Positions 53,002 to 64,000 of a stretch of DNA of 64,000 nucleotides are shown here, piece after piece. The notes under the pieces are model-generated. The model saw only the letters and a list, made by a program, of their open reading frames with translations. It was not told the DNA's origin and did no database searches. Where the stretch lies: assembly GCA_020137815.1 (NCBI GenBank), contig CM035350.1, positions 1,426,001 through 1,490,000 on the forward strand, read 5' to 3'. Within the stretch, counting starts at the first letter, position 1. Each line of letters starts with the position of its first letter. The translations under genes and the position numbers were made by a program. This DNA is from Hormiphora californensis (lineage: Eukaryota > Animalia > Ctenophora).

Positions 53002-56000
53002 TGGGGATGGCAAGACAACAGCTGTGTGAGTGGTTTTACACACGTTTTAACAAGCAGGTTATGCACTTGGGATATTGCGAGACGGAGCGAGAGAATAGCA
53101 TATATTGATATAGGGAGAGAATCAGATGTTTTACTAGTAGTATGAGCTTCCTGTGAACAGAGAGATTACAGATATGGTAAGGTGTTCAAGATAAAATGAG
53201 GTCAATGAGTGAAGATAGTAGTCCACTTTCTCCCATCCTGCCAAGGGATCCATCTGATATTGTTACCGCGGCATTTCTATTGATGTTACTACTCGTATCG
53301 GTAGCGACGGTATAAAAACTAACTGCCGCCTTATGTTTAACACAGGTTTAGATATATTTATCTCTTGATCCACTCGACTAGAATCTTTTTGTAGTCTCAT
53401 TTTAGTAATGTTATAACTTTTTTTTTTCATGAAAAAAAAATGTTATAACCTTCCATAACCATCTTTGATGACAATGGTGGATTACATCACACACTATCAT
53501 TTTCCTTTTTCCGATTCTTTTAGGCTTCCATGTAATTATAGCTTTCTCTTTATCCCAAAGTTCCAGGTACATTACGTAATGGCGTGGGGGACGTTGTCTT
53601 TACAGAGACAGCATATAGAATTGGTTGGAGTGTGAACAGTTTGCAACGAGCTTCTGATCTGCTTGTGCTCAAATTCTAGAGAATATTAAAACTAAAAGGT
53701 CACGTATACATATTGCAGATTCTTTTGTTTCTTGCAAAGTCAGGGCGGAGCTCGCGAAAAGAGGGTCGAGCTAGGCAACTTATCTAAGAGTGAGAAGTGT
53801 TATATTTTCTAAAAATATAATATTTTCTAAAAGAACAAAGCTGCTCAGGGACTCAAGCTGCTATATTTGTATTTGAGATTGGTTAAACTGCTCGCAAGAA
53901 ACTTCGATTCATAGCAGTTGCTCTCAAACGAAACAGTCTACTGCACAAGACAACTATACAAATGGCCGATAAATTACAAGGAGCCGATAACAATTGAGAA
54001 GATTATATCTTAGAGTTACAGCTCTCTCTCTCGCTGTGTAACAAGGTCGAAGGAGCTTACTACTTGCTTGCTAGAACGAGATGGTGCATTTTAAAATGTG
54101 GTGGGATGCAGCAACTCTCAGCCCCCCGCCTCAAGTACTGCACTCATCAGAGGTGGTCTGCTAGTTTTAGTAAACCATAACGCGGTCTTTTAGGTGGAAC
54201 AAAAGTTTAAAACAAACGTATACAACCTCAACATACACAATACCATGATACATGGCCAATACCACTAACCAGTAGGTACCATTATACCTCTACATAGTCA
54301 ACACAATCCCGAAAAGTCAGAAAAGTTGATATCATGTCCCTAAGTAATTAGCAAAGTGTCTACATCGTACTGGATGCTCTCGATTGTGACGCACACAATA
54401 TATTGTCTTTAACGCAACACGACTCCCTAAACTGTGGACAACACGCCTAAAACATGCAAAATCAGCTACGAAAATAGCGAAGTAAGGAACATGGGGATCA
54501 GAGTAAAAAACATAAATATTATTATTGTAGGCGGGGGAACGGAGAGATAGGGAGATAAGGCCTCTAACAAGCGGCACTGCATTTCGGCCGCGGTATGTCC
54601 TTATACACGCATATATTATATCTAGTAGAGTGTATTTATGTGTGTGAGAAACAGCGAGATGTTATAAAGAGAGTCCAAGGGAATGGGAAGGGCATTTGTC
54701 TCTGTGTGTGAAGCGTCCCGCGTGGTAACTCCGTATCCTAGCAACGATATATCATTTATTATCCCAATGATCCCCCGTTAAGTCTTCGCCTCTATTTGTG
54801 GCGTGTTCCCGGCCTTGTCGGATGGGGTGCCACTCTGATTTTCCTCAGTTAGATGGGTCTGGTCCAACATCGGCACAATCGCGTCCTGGAGGAGAGAGGG
54901 GGTTAAAAGACAGAAAGGTAGGGGTAATTATTAACCTTGGGCCCGGTAATTTGTCAAGAGATAATTGGAATTGTAACTCTTGGGACAATGTTGGATGATG
55001 TAACTTTGGGTAATGAAGTGAGTATGGAGTAATAGCATATCTTATGTGTGTGTGTGTGTGTGTGTGTCACTAATTCATACGAATATAGAGAGATAGCTAT
55101 TGTAAGGAGCTCTCTTCCAATGAGACTGAGTGATCAATTGGTTTATAATTAACTTACTGATGCCTCCACACACGATATGGCATTCCGCCGATTAAATCGT
55201 TCACTGTCTCGAAACTCATTCAGCTGTACATCCCCAGTACTCATGATTGAATTGAGCTAATAATAGAATTACAGAATTATGTTGCATGATGAGGTGCATG
55301 GTGGCAGGAAGGCCAGGGAGGACATGCTACTGGTAGGTGCTAGGGGCACATGATCTGATTCTCTAATACGTTAAGTTATGCACGTTCAATGGTAGGGATG
55401 TCAACCTTTGAATTGGATTAGAACAGGAATCTGTAGACAAAGCAGCTATTTACAAAAAGTGTTAAGGAGTTCTATTAGACCCGCCCCTGAGTTCAAAAGT
55501 CAACAGTCGGTTTTAAAGAGTTATTGTTTATCTCAGAAATCTAAACTGATTTAAATTAAACGAACATAGACCGGATGCCTTTCGCTTTTTATAATGTGTG
55601 TTCATACATGATACATGCTAGTGTTTCTGGTTGTAGATTACAGCTATCAAATAACGCTTAGTTTAACAAAGGGCACCCCGATTTTAAAGGAGTTCCGCGC
55701 CCGGCACAAACCGGCGGACGATTAGCAACCTCGAAAATGTTCAGGCCGCTCACAGCGAGACCAGTTTTGACCAATCACAGCTCCGAACAGCTGTGCGCGA
55801 CCTGAACATTTCCGGGGTTGCTCATAAATTAATTTTTTAAAGCGCTCCCTTATCCCAAACTTGGATCTGTAGCAACTTGCATTTCATCAAACTTGCATTT
55901 GCCAAATTAAATTTCAGACCACGTGTTTTGAAATTTAAACTTCTTGCGTTTCAAAAAGTTTTTTCAAACCCCTTGCAGCGCATTCAGCAAATAAGAGTCA

Positions 56001-56714
56001 AATGTGTCCAAATCAATGTAACCCGCAATGAAATCGTACATTGCAACGCCGCGCGCGGCCATAAAAAGTTCTCCAAAAATAAAACGCGAACGCAGATTTT
56101 TTTGAAAAAGTTTAAATTTTTGGGACCCGAGTCCGTTTTTTGGTTGTTTCCTTCGACTAATCAAAAAGCTCGCTTCACGCATCTCTACCAAACACAAGGA
56201 CAAATACGCTGAAGTGATTAATTTCCTGAGAACGCGGATACGATTCTGTCTCCTCAGAAGTACCTTGGTCTCACTCAGGGGCACGAGGAAAAAGTTCACG
56301 ACCCCACCACCCATTGCAATGTGTGATTTTACTGACTGACTTTTTATTTATAATATTTATTGTTTATTTGAGTGAGTGATTTTAAGATTTATTTATTACT
56401 AACCCCAACACCGGGGGCAAATGATCGAACCCAATGTGAATGAGACTCATCGCGATTAACTCTTCATACGGTTACCCCCTTTCTCTCTTCGGCAGCTTCT
56501 CTTCGGCTGTTGGAAAGTGATGCCAATCGGTGTTGGGGTTAGGTTTCCTAACCTAGTTTGTTTCTTAATTCTTTATAGATATTCACAAAAAAATATTTCT
56601 TTGATTCTTTTTGACCACTGTTCTTTGGCATCGTGAAATATTTCAAATTTCAACAATTTTCTTGTATCGACAATCGCTTGGTAAAACGTTAACCCCCGTG
56701 TGTAGTCCCGCAGA

Positions 56715-58190
56715 ATGGTCAAACAAAAACGTAAGAAGAAGCGAACCCATGTTACAACAGATGAAGAGGGTCCCCACACATTCGTCATAAACAAGGGAAA
56801 TCTCGGAAAGGCGGGGCTCAACCTCATGCTTGACATCCGGAAAAGTCTAGAACCTCTCACCGCCCGTAATTTAAAAGCTCGGAAATACAACAAAATCAAG
56901 GACTACATCCATGTGTCCGCTCAGTATGGTGTATCACACCTTGCTCCTTTTATCCCGGTCAATGCTTGGTTTCGTGAATCTCCGGGTCTCCAAAGTTCCC
57001 AGGGGACCCACCATGACGTTCCGTGTGTCTAATTATATGCTTCTGAAGGATGTAATGAGCAGTCTCAAACGAGCTAAATCAATGCAGAAAGTCCACGAAT
57101 CAGCGCCGCTTCTGATCATGAACGGATTTGACGAGAACCTTACCCCACCACAAACTAATCACCACAACATTTCAAAATATGCTTACCAGCAGTGAATGTC
57201 AAAACAGTGAAACTGAACACCCTCAAACGATGTATTTTGATGAACTATTCGGCAGGAGGAAGATGTCATTGAATTCCGACATTATCACATCTCAGCAACA
57301 CCTGTGGGGGTAAACAGGGCGGTGAAGAAATTACTGAAGAAGGTCCCCGATCTTAGTAAATATTCTGATATCTCAGAGTTCCTGACAAATGGATATTTCT
57401 CAGAAAGTGACGGAGAGGATAACCCTGATTCGCAAGTTGTGCTGCCTCAAAAGTTGGCATGGAAGAGGAAATCTCAAATCGAACAGGAGCGCCATCAGGT
57501 TGACTGAAATCGGACCAAAGATGACCCTGAAACTGATGAAGATAGAGGAGGGAGTGGGAGAGGGTGAAGTACTGTACCATTCCTACATCAAGAAGACAGC
57601 AGAGGAGAAGAAAGAGCTGCGAAAGAGGATAGAGAAGAAGAAGCTGCTGAAGGAAAAGAGAAAGAAGGAGCAGGAGAAGAATGTTGAGAGAAAGAAGGCC
57701 GGTGAGCAGACTAAGAAACCAGGAGATAAGAGGAAGAGGGAGAGGATTGTGGACGATGCTAGTGAAGATGATGATGTTGAGTATTACAAGCAGGAAATTG
57801 GACAGGCACCTGATGCTGAACTCCTCTTGAAAACTAAACAAACACGCCGATCAAAAGCTTACAAAGAGGCGGGCCATGTCGATGAAGATGATGGACGTAG
57901 AACAACCGAGTTCTAAGAAACCAGAACCAGAACCAAAGAAACCAGAACCGGAGGCCAAGAAGCCAAAACCAGCCCAGATAGAAGAAGAACCGTCCGAGGC
58001 AAAACCGAAGGGAAAGCAGACGGCACGGTCGAAAGCGTTTAAATCTGGTGGCGGCAAGGCTGCCAAGAAGGCCGCGAAAGGAGCGGATGGTGAAAAGAAG
58101 GAGGTTCGATTTTCAGCAGATACCAAGACTCAGATATCACACACCAAGTCTACCGGGGTGAAGGGTGTTGCTTTCAGAAGGAAAAAGTGA
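56715..58190 (+). CDS. PPAN: Peter Pan / SSF1 Brix-domain ribosome biogenesis factor (intronless; several apparent indels)
   Basis: PHTFVI...LEPLTARNLKARKYNKIKDY, PRGPTMTFRV, APLLIMNGF, EFRHY, KVPDLSKYSDISEFL, SAIRLTEIGPKMTLKLMKIEEGVGEGEVLYH spread over shifting frames. Confidence 0.9.
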
Positions 58191-58451
58191 GGGGTGAGGA
58201 GAGGGATTTATTTATTGACACCATCACGTCATCCTGTTTTAACCAGTTTTTATTAATGTCGGATAACTTATTGAACTTTTACTGACGAACTATACTTGTT
58301 TATATATCTGTGTTTCTAGTTTCTACCCCCCAACACCCTCTGTAACACCCCTCCCATCACCCTGTTATACCCTTCCAGAGACCCTCTATTACACTGTAAC
58401 ACCCTGTAACACCTGTACTCCTCTAACTCTCTCTATCTCAAGTGTGTAGAA

Positions 58452-61400
58452 ATGTTTTGGCAGTCGTTCTACAATGTTGAAGACTCTCACATAAAGGAGC
58501 TGGTGGGGAAGGAGGACACGACTCTGGATCGGGTTCTGGACGAGAGTGACGTCATCCAAGAGTGCAAGGGTCGGAACGACAAGTTGTTGGAGTTCCTCTG
58601 TCGACCAGAGAACCTTATCCAGTTAGTATCACATGTAACTGTAGAGCCCTCTGAAGATACCTGTCAGGACGATGCTAAACGATATCACAAGGCATTTGTT
58701 AGCAGTGAACTGCTCACCAGCGATAACTGTCAACTAACGGAGGCTCTTAGTTCTAGTTCGAGTCTCATGGAGCAGTTGTTCCGGTTCATTAGGACACGGG
58801 ACCCCCTCAACTCTCTCCTTGCATCTTTTTTTAGTAACGTCGTCCAGGGTCTGTTGAAACAAAAACCTAACGTGATTCTGGAGTTCTTCAAGGACCACAC
58901 CTCTCTTGTGGATGACATAGTATTTCACGTGGACACCAGTGCCATTATGGATCTGATCCTGAAGCTGGTAGTGTGTTTTGAGACCAGTATAACGAGGTTT
59001 AAAGTGTGTCACTGGTTGCGGGATGTTAGATTGATAGAGAAGTTGATTGATGCTTTGAAGGATGAGGCAGGGAGTGAGACCCTCTGCAATACCTGCCAGC
59101 TGCTATGTGATGTTATGAAGGTATGCCGGGACCCCCAGGAAACCTTCAAGGGAGCCAAGGATGCCCTGCTGATAGAGTTGGAGAGTGAGGAGACGATCCG
59201 GAGACTGATCTGTACTGTGACGTCCAGTAAAAATAAACATCTTATTAGAAACGGGATGAACGTTCTTCAATCTTATCTTGTAAAGGTGAGAAAGGGGGAG
59301 AGTGAGGGAGAGATGGAGAGGGGGCTGGGGAGAGTGAGGAAGGAGAGTGAGATAAACGGATTAGATAGAGAGCGTGAGGGAGAGATAGAGTGGGGAAGAG
59401 TGAGGGAGTCGGGAGAGATAGAAACAAAAAGAAAGTGAAATGCACTTTTGACTTTTGTATGTTATTAACTGCGTCAATGACCTCAACATAATTATCACCT
59501 GTATTATTATTAACGCCGTCATTTCAGCCCACATCAAACCCTATGGTACCGAATCTGACATTGGACATTGAAAAACCCCAGATAGTGGAACTAAAATCCT
59601 TCCTAAAATGTATAGCTGAAAATATGAGTAGTATCCAGGTGAGAGCTCCATTTCCTTATTTGGGTGACCATGCATGGTGTAGTTTTCCCCATTTTCCGTT
59701 GGCTGTATCATCCTGTTTTCAGCCCTGTCCGTATTGATACCCCCCCCCTCCCCTCACAGAATCTTCTGGTGTCAACGGATAACGGTGCAGTAAGGTCAGA
59801 ACGATTACAAGTTATCCGGTTAGTAGGTCTCCTGGTACAATGCCACTCCTCCGAAGTTAATGATAAGTTGGTAGAGCAGAAAACATTGGACTCAATATGG
59901 AGGTTATTCCTTCAGCACCCATTCAACAACTTTCTACATACACAGGTATACAGTAACAGGTGAACAACATTGTAAATCTTAGGTCTCATGTGTATTGTGT
60001 CGGGTGGTATTTGACTCGAGTCACATGCGACCCAACACTCAACATTGGTGTCATTATGGATAATCGTACTTTCAGTAGTTTTTTATTTTCCTTTCATGTC
60101 GGTCTAGATCTTTACAGTGCTCTATATTTACTTCCTACACGTACTGCAGGAGAGAGATGCAGTGTGAACAAGTGCAAATAAACACTCGTATTTGATTTTG
60201 ATTTTGAACGTTCAAATGAATACTGAAACAATATCATGTACCCACAAGAACAAGGCAGGCTCACCGAATGAGCGCTTACACCGCGGAAACACTCTAAATC
60301 AAATAATATTGTATAGAAATTAATATGAATTGTCTGTCTCATTTTTTCTCATCTCTTCTAATCACACTACCTCTCACAATACCCCACTTAACGTGTGGCT
60401 CAGTCTCTCTCTGCTGCTTCAACTTAGAAACGAGTCTCTTTCTCTCACTTCTCTCTTCAACAGTCCTATCTGGACAAATGTAAACATCTTCCATTCCCTC
60501 CACTTCCCTCAGCATCCCAGACCTTGCCAGAATGGAGCGTACCATATCTCGGTTGTGAAGTACCACCTTGACAGGCCGCTTCTTCCCTTCCTTCTTCTCG
60601 CCAAGCCTCCTACAGCTTACCAGTTTCGGCTTCTCGTTTGTGTGTTCCAAAACATTCAGAACAACATCCTCAGTCTTCTCCTCTCCAACAGACTCCTCCA
60701 ACCCGTAGAAAATCAGGTTGCTGGACCTGTCCTCCACACTGGACGCCTTCACCATGGCTGCTTGTAGCTTCCTAGGAGCAAGCGAGGCAGTGCAGCTCTT
60801 CTTCACAACTGCTGCATAGCCCTTCAGTTCTTCTTTGACAGAAGACATCGTCTCTTCAATCTTCTTGCTCTTCTCAGAGAGGAGAGAGCCCTGGAGAGTT
60901 ATCACCGTCTCTTGACAAGATAACAACGCTTCCTGAGACTTAATAACGGTCTCTTGCATGGAGTTGATCTTCCCTGTGACCTCTTCCAGCTTGTTCTCTG
61001 TTTCCTCCAGCTTTTGTGTCGTATCTTTGAACAACTTAGCGTCCACTTCCACAACATATGGCAGGACCACCTTGTGACGAAACCAAGCATAATTCTGGCC
61101 CAGTAGGAAACTTCCAAGAATCGGCTGGTATCCTGAATTTCTAGAAAATTTGGCTGGTTTTTTTCTTCTTTTTGGTTGGTTTTGAAAAGGTCTTGCGGAG
61201 CCCCAAAGTTTAGGGTAACAAGAATTATTGCATTATGTATTCATAATGCGAGGTTTCCCTGCCACAATTGGGTGAAAAATTGATGAATACACTTCAAAAT
61301 TGGATTTCCTGGTGAATTTGGTGCCCAAAAAGCATGTTTGACTGATTTCTATGGTATCCAGTGTGGTTGGTATGGTAACCAATACATTTGGTATCATTTG

Positions 61401-64000
61401 GTATTGGTGCTAAAAACATCCTTCGGGCATTCTCCAAGGCAGGGGAAAAATGTGCTTAAATCATCATTATGTGTGTGTGAGAGAGAGAAATAAAGTAGAG
61501 AGAAAAAAGGAAAGAAGATTATGTCATAAGAAAAATTAATTTCCAAAACTTTTTTTGAAAAAATGTCAGTAGGCCAGATTTAAACCCAGGGCTCGAACCC
61601 GCGACCTCGAGATATGGCGCTCTACCAACTGAGCTAACCGAGCACTGTTAAATTGGCAATTCAGGGGATGCCTATTTGGCAGCGCGCGGACCAGCCGTGC
61701 GGGATCAAGATCTACCAGCCGCTGGCTGGTATCCTAGTATCAAATTTGTGATCGAGATCACAAAAGTTGCCTCCGGATCATGATCTGAGCGCGCGGAAAA
61801 CGGCTTGTCAAGCGATACACTGACAATGTGCACTTTGCACAGTACCAAATCATGGCGCCCGACAAGTTTTAAAATTATGTCAACACAATCACCCTGGATC
61901 ATAAATATGACCCATATTTGGGCATGGCAAGTTTCAAATTATTCTCAAATCATTTCTCCGAGTTCCGACCAAATTTTGGCTGGTATCCCGGATCACAGGA
62001 TGATGGAAGTTTCCTACTGGGAATTCTGGATCATATTTATCAACTCAGGCTTATTCTTCGTGTTGAGTTTAGCTGCAGTAACTCTTGATGAATCAAAATT
62101 GTTACCGTGGCTCTGGCACGCAGCATCATTTAGCAGACACTCTACTGCCTTCATCACACTCGCTGAGGGACATGCTTCATCTGTCAGTCCATTACTCTCA
62201 CACCACTGTGTGAAAGCATTGCTGTGCTTCTCCATCAAAGCAGAGTGTGTACAAAAATCACCGTTACAAACGGTGCAGGTCAGGAGCTCAGATAATCAAA
62301 CAAAATCGATAAGAAGTAGGAAGTTTTTTTTAAACTTATACTTATTACTCTATTTCGCACTATTTCTAGGAACTATTAGTAATTCTAGTGAAGATATATA
62401 TCTTCAGAACGTTAAATTTACGTCAATGAACAATCCCCAAAAGGGTACTTACCCCATCCTTGCTATATTTTAATCTCTGATCAACTGACATGACACCATC
62501 CCCTCTAATCTCTAATCCACAATCCCTCCCTCTCAGATGTACAACATCGTGGAAACAGTGCTCAGTACAAAAGATTCCGAAGATGACAGCCTTCTCCGAT
62601 ATCTAATCAGAGATATGGAGCTGCTAAGGAGGGTCGAGGATGCCTGGACGTCCAACCAAACAGTGAAAGAGGACCACAGTAACCCGTGTAAGAAGAGGGT
62701 GAGGAGGTCAGGGCACCTTGGACACCTTTATAAGATGGCCCATGAGATCCAGGAGACGTTGGAGAAGAGAGAGAACAGGCAGGTTATCTCGGAGTGGCTG
62801 CAGGATCAGGAGGACCCTAACTTCTGGTTGGAGTTCTACAATGAAACTTTACAGGTAAACTTTACAGGTGGATTAGGGAGAGATGTGCAGATCTAGGGGC
62901 TGCTGGGGTTCTGCCACCCCTGATCCTGGTGAAATCGATTTGTCACTAAACGGTCCTGTTTGACTGCCAATTTATACTGACACAAATCAATACTATAACC
63001 TGTGTATTACCCGTCCAGGAACAGAGAACGAAGAACGAACAGCAGCTAGGTCCTTGGAGTACCTTTGGAAAGAACTGTGGTGAGAGTGACGAGGATGTGG
63101 GAGAGAAAGTGAAGGATATGCTTAACAAAAACGCCTTCTGTGTAAGTGTGTTTCTTCTAGATCTGTAACTCTTCTAGAATATCTGTCGGTCTGTGTAAGC
63201 GTAAAATCACATATATCCCTTTTCCTTATTGACATTTGACCTAACCCTCCATTCCCATCGGTTAAAGTGGAGATCTAACCAACCATTCGCCCCTCTGTTA
63301 TAGTGGCGTATCACATAACCCTCCATTTGCCCCTCTACTAGATGTATCTAACCTTCCTCTTCATTCAGTGGAGGAATGACGATGAAGATGATGAAGAGTT
63401 TGACATGCCATTTGTTACAACTGGGGCAGTGTCAGGGGGTGGTGCGGGGTCATTTCCCAACATGCCAGTACCTGTTATGGTGCCAGAGTGGCAGGGAGAA
63501 AACATGTTCGGTTTCCAATCTAGGAGTATATCATTCGCTACCACCGCCGATCAATCTAACAATATTCAGGTTTGGACAGCTGATTTACTTTACACTGCTC
63601 ATGTTTGTTATGTTAGATATTATGTGTCTAAACTGGCAGTTGGCACTGCCCCAAACACAATATGTCTCACATGATTCTCATATTTCAAATTATACCTGTC
63701 ACACTACAGGGTGGTGAGGGTTCATCAAGTTCAGAAGATGAGGAGAGTATGAGAGACGTACATGATCCATGGGGAACTACACCCTCTACACAGGTACGTG
63801 TATTTTGATAGTCTGTCTCCCTCTCTCTTTGTCTCTCTCTTCGTTAATATAAGGATCTCTCTTTGTCTCTCTCTCTTCGTTAATATAAGAATCTCTCTTT
63901 GTCTGATTATTCTGTTTATTGTCGTTACCCCCATCCCCCTCACCCCACCGCCACCCTTTGCCGCAGGTGCCTATGCAACTCTGAACAAGTGCGTTTACCT
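58452..64000 (+). CDS. PPP6R3: PP6 regulatory subunit (SAPS/SIT4-associated), 5' part, runs off window
   Basis: MFW...TLDRVLDESDVIQECKGRNDKLLEFL, SELLTSD, LNSLLASFFS, HVDTSAIMDLILKL, ERLQVIRL, HPFNNFLHTQ, RSGHLGHLYKMA. Paralogue assignment is nominal. Confidence 0.9.
60339..61070 (-). mobile_element. CR1/L2-type LINE ORF1-like ORF in PP6R intron
   Basis: Coiled coil followed by RSSNLIFYGLEES...RRLG...RPVKVVL...VYICPDRTVEERSERKRL, typical of LINE ORF1 RRM-CTD; no ORF2 seen. Confidence 0.75.
61585..61643 (-). pseudogene. tRNA-derived sequence (SINE head or tRNA pseudogene)
   Basis: GCTCGGTTAGCTCAGTTGGTAGAGCG...GGTCGCGGGTTCGAGCCC: A and B boxes present, anticodon arm truncated. Confidence 0.65.

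Noticed and set aside
52100-56500. Scattered short ORFs and isolated splice-like sites
   Set aside because: No recognisable protein or consistent exon chain could be supported.
56715-58190. PPAN as a processed pseudogene
   Set aside because: Motifs are well conserved with no evident decay other than indels; more consistent with unpolished sequence, though not excluded.
61585-61643. Functional tRNA gene
   Set aside because: Anticodon arm is truncated and the acceptor stem does not close.

Overview
Eukaryotic, intron-rich, compact animal-like genomic DNA with many (GA)n microsatellites and MITEs. The compact gene spacing, LDLa-GPCR and possible trans-splice acceptors resemble a ctenophore, but this is inference only. 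Protein genes: a KDM3/JMJD1-family JmjC demethylase with unusual N- and C-terminal extensions, RNF103, a BRCT-only 53BP1-like gene, RPL36, an EF-hand protein, an LDLa-repeat GPCR, PPAN/SSF1 and a PP6 regulatory (SAPS) subunit. The main result is in the ORF-poor interval ~25.9-31.6 kb. It holds a minus-strand, 5'TOP-like, non-coding host gene with 23 exons (internal exons 43-93 nt) and 22 GT-AG introns, each carrying one snoRNA-like RNA: 19 box C/D and 3 H/ACA, including U17/snR30, U18, U24 x2 and U33 x2. Box D lies 65-81 nt from the 3' splice site in all 19 C/D introns. rRNA targets were matched by eye to conserved rRNA segments recalled from yeast/human (yeast numbering unless stated) and need checking against this organism's rRNA. 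Parts of the assembly look unpolished (apparent indel frameshifts, a homopolymer-rich stretch at ~38 kb).
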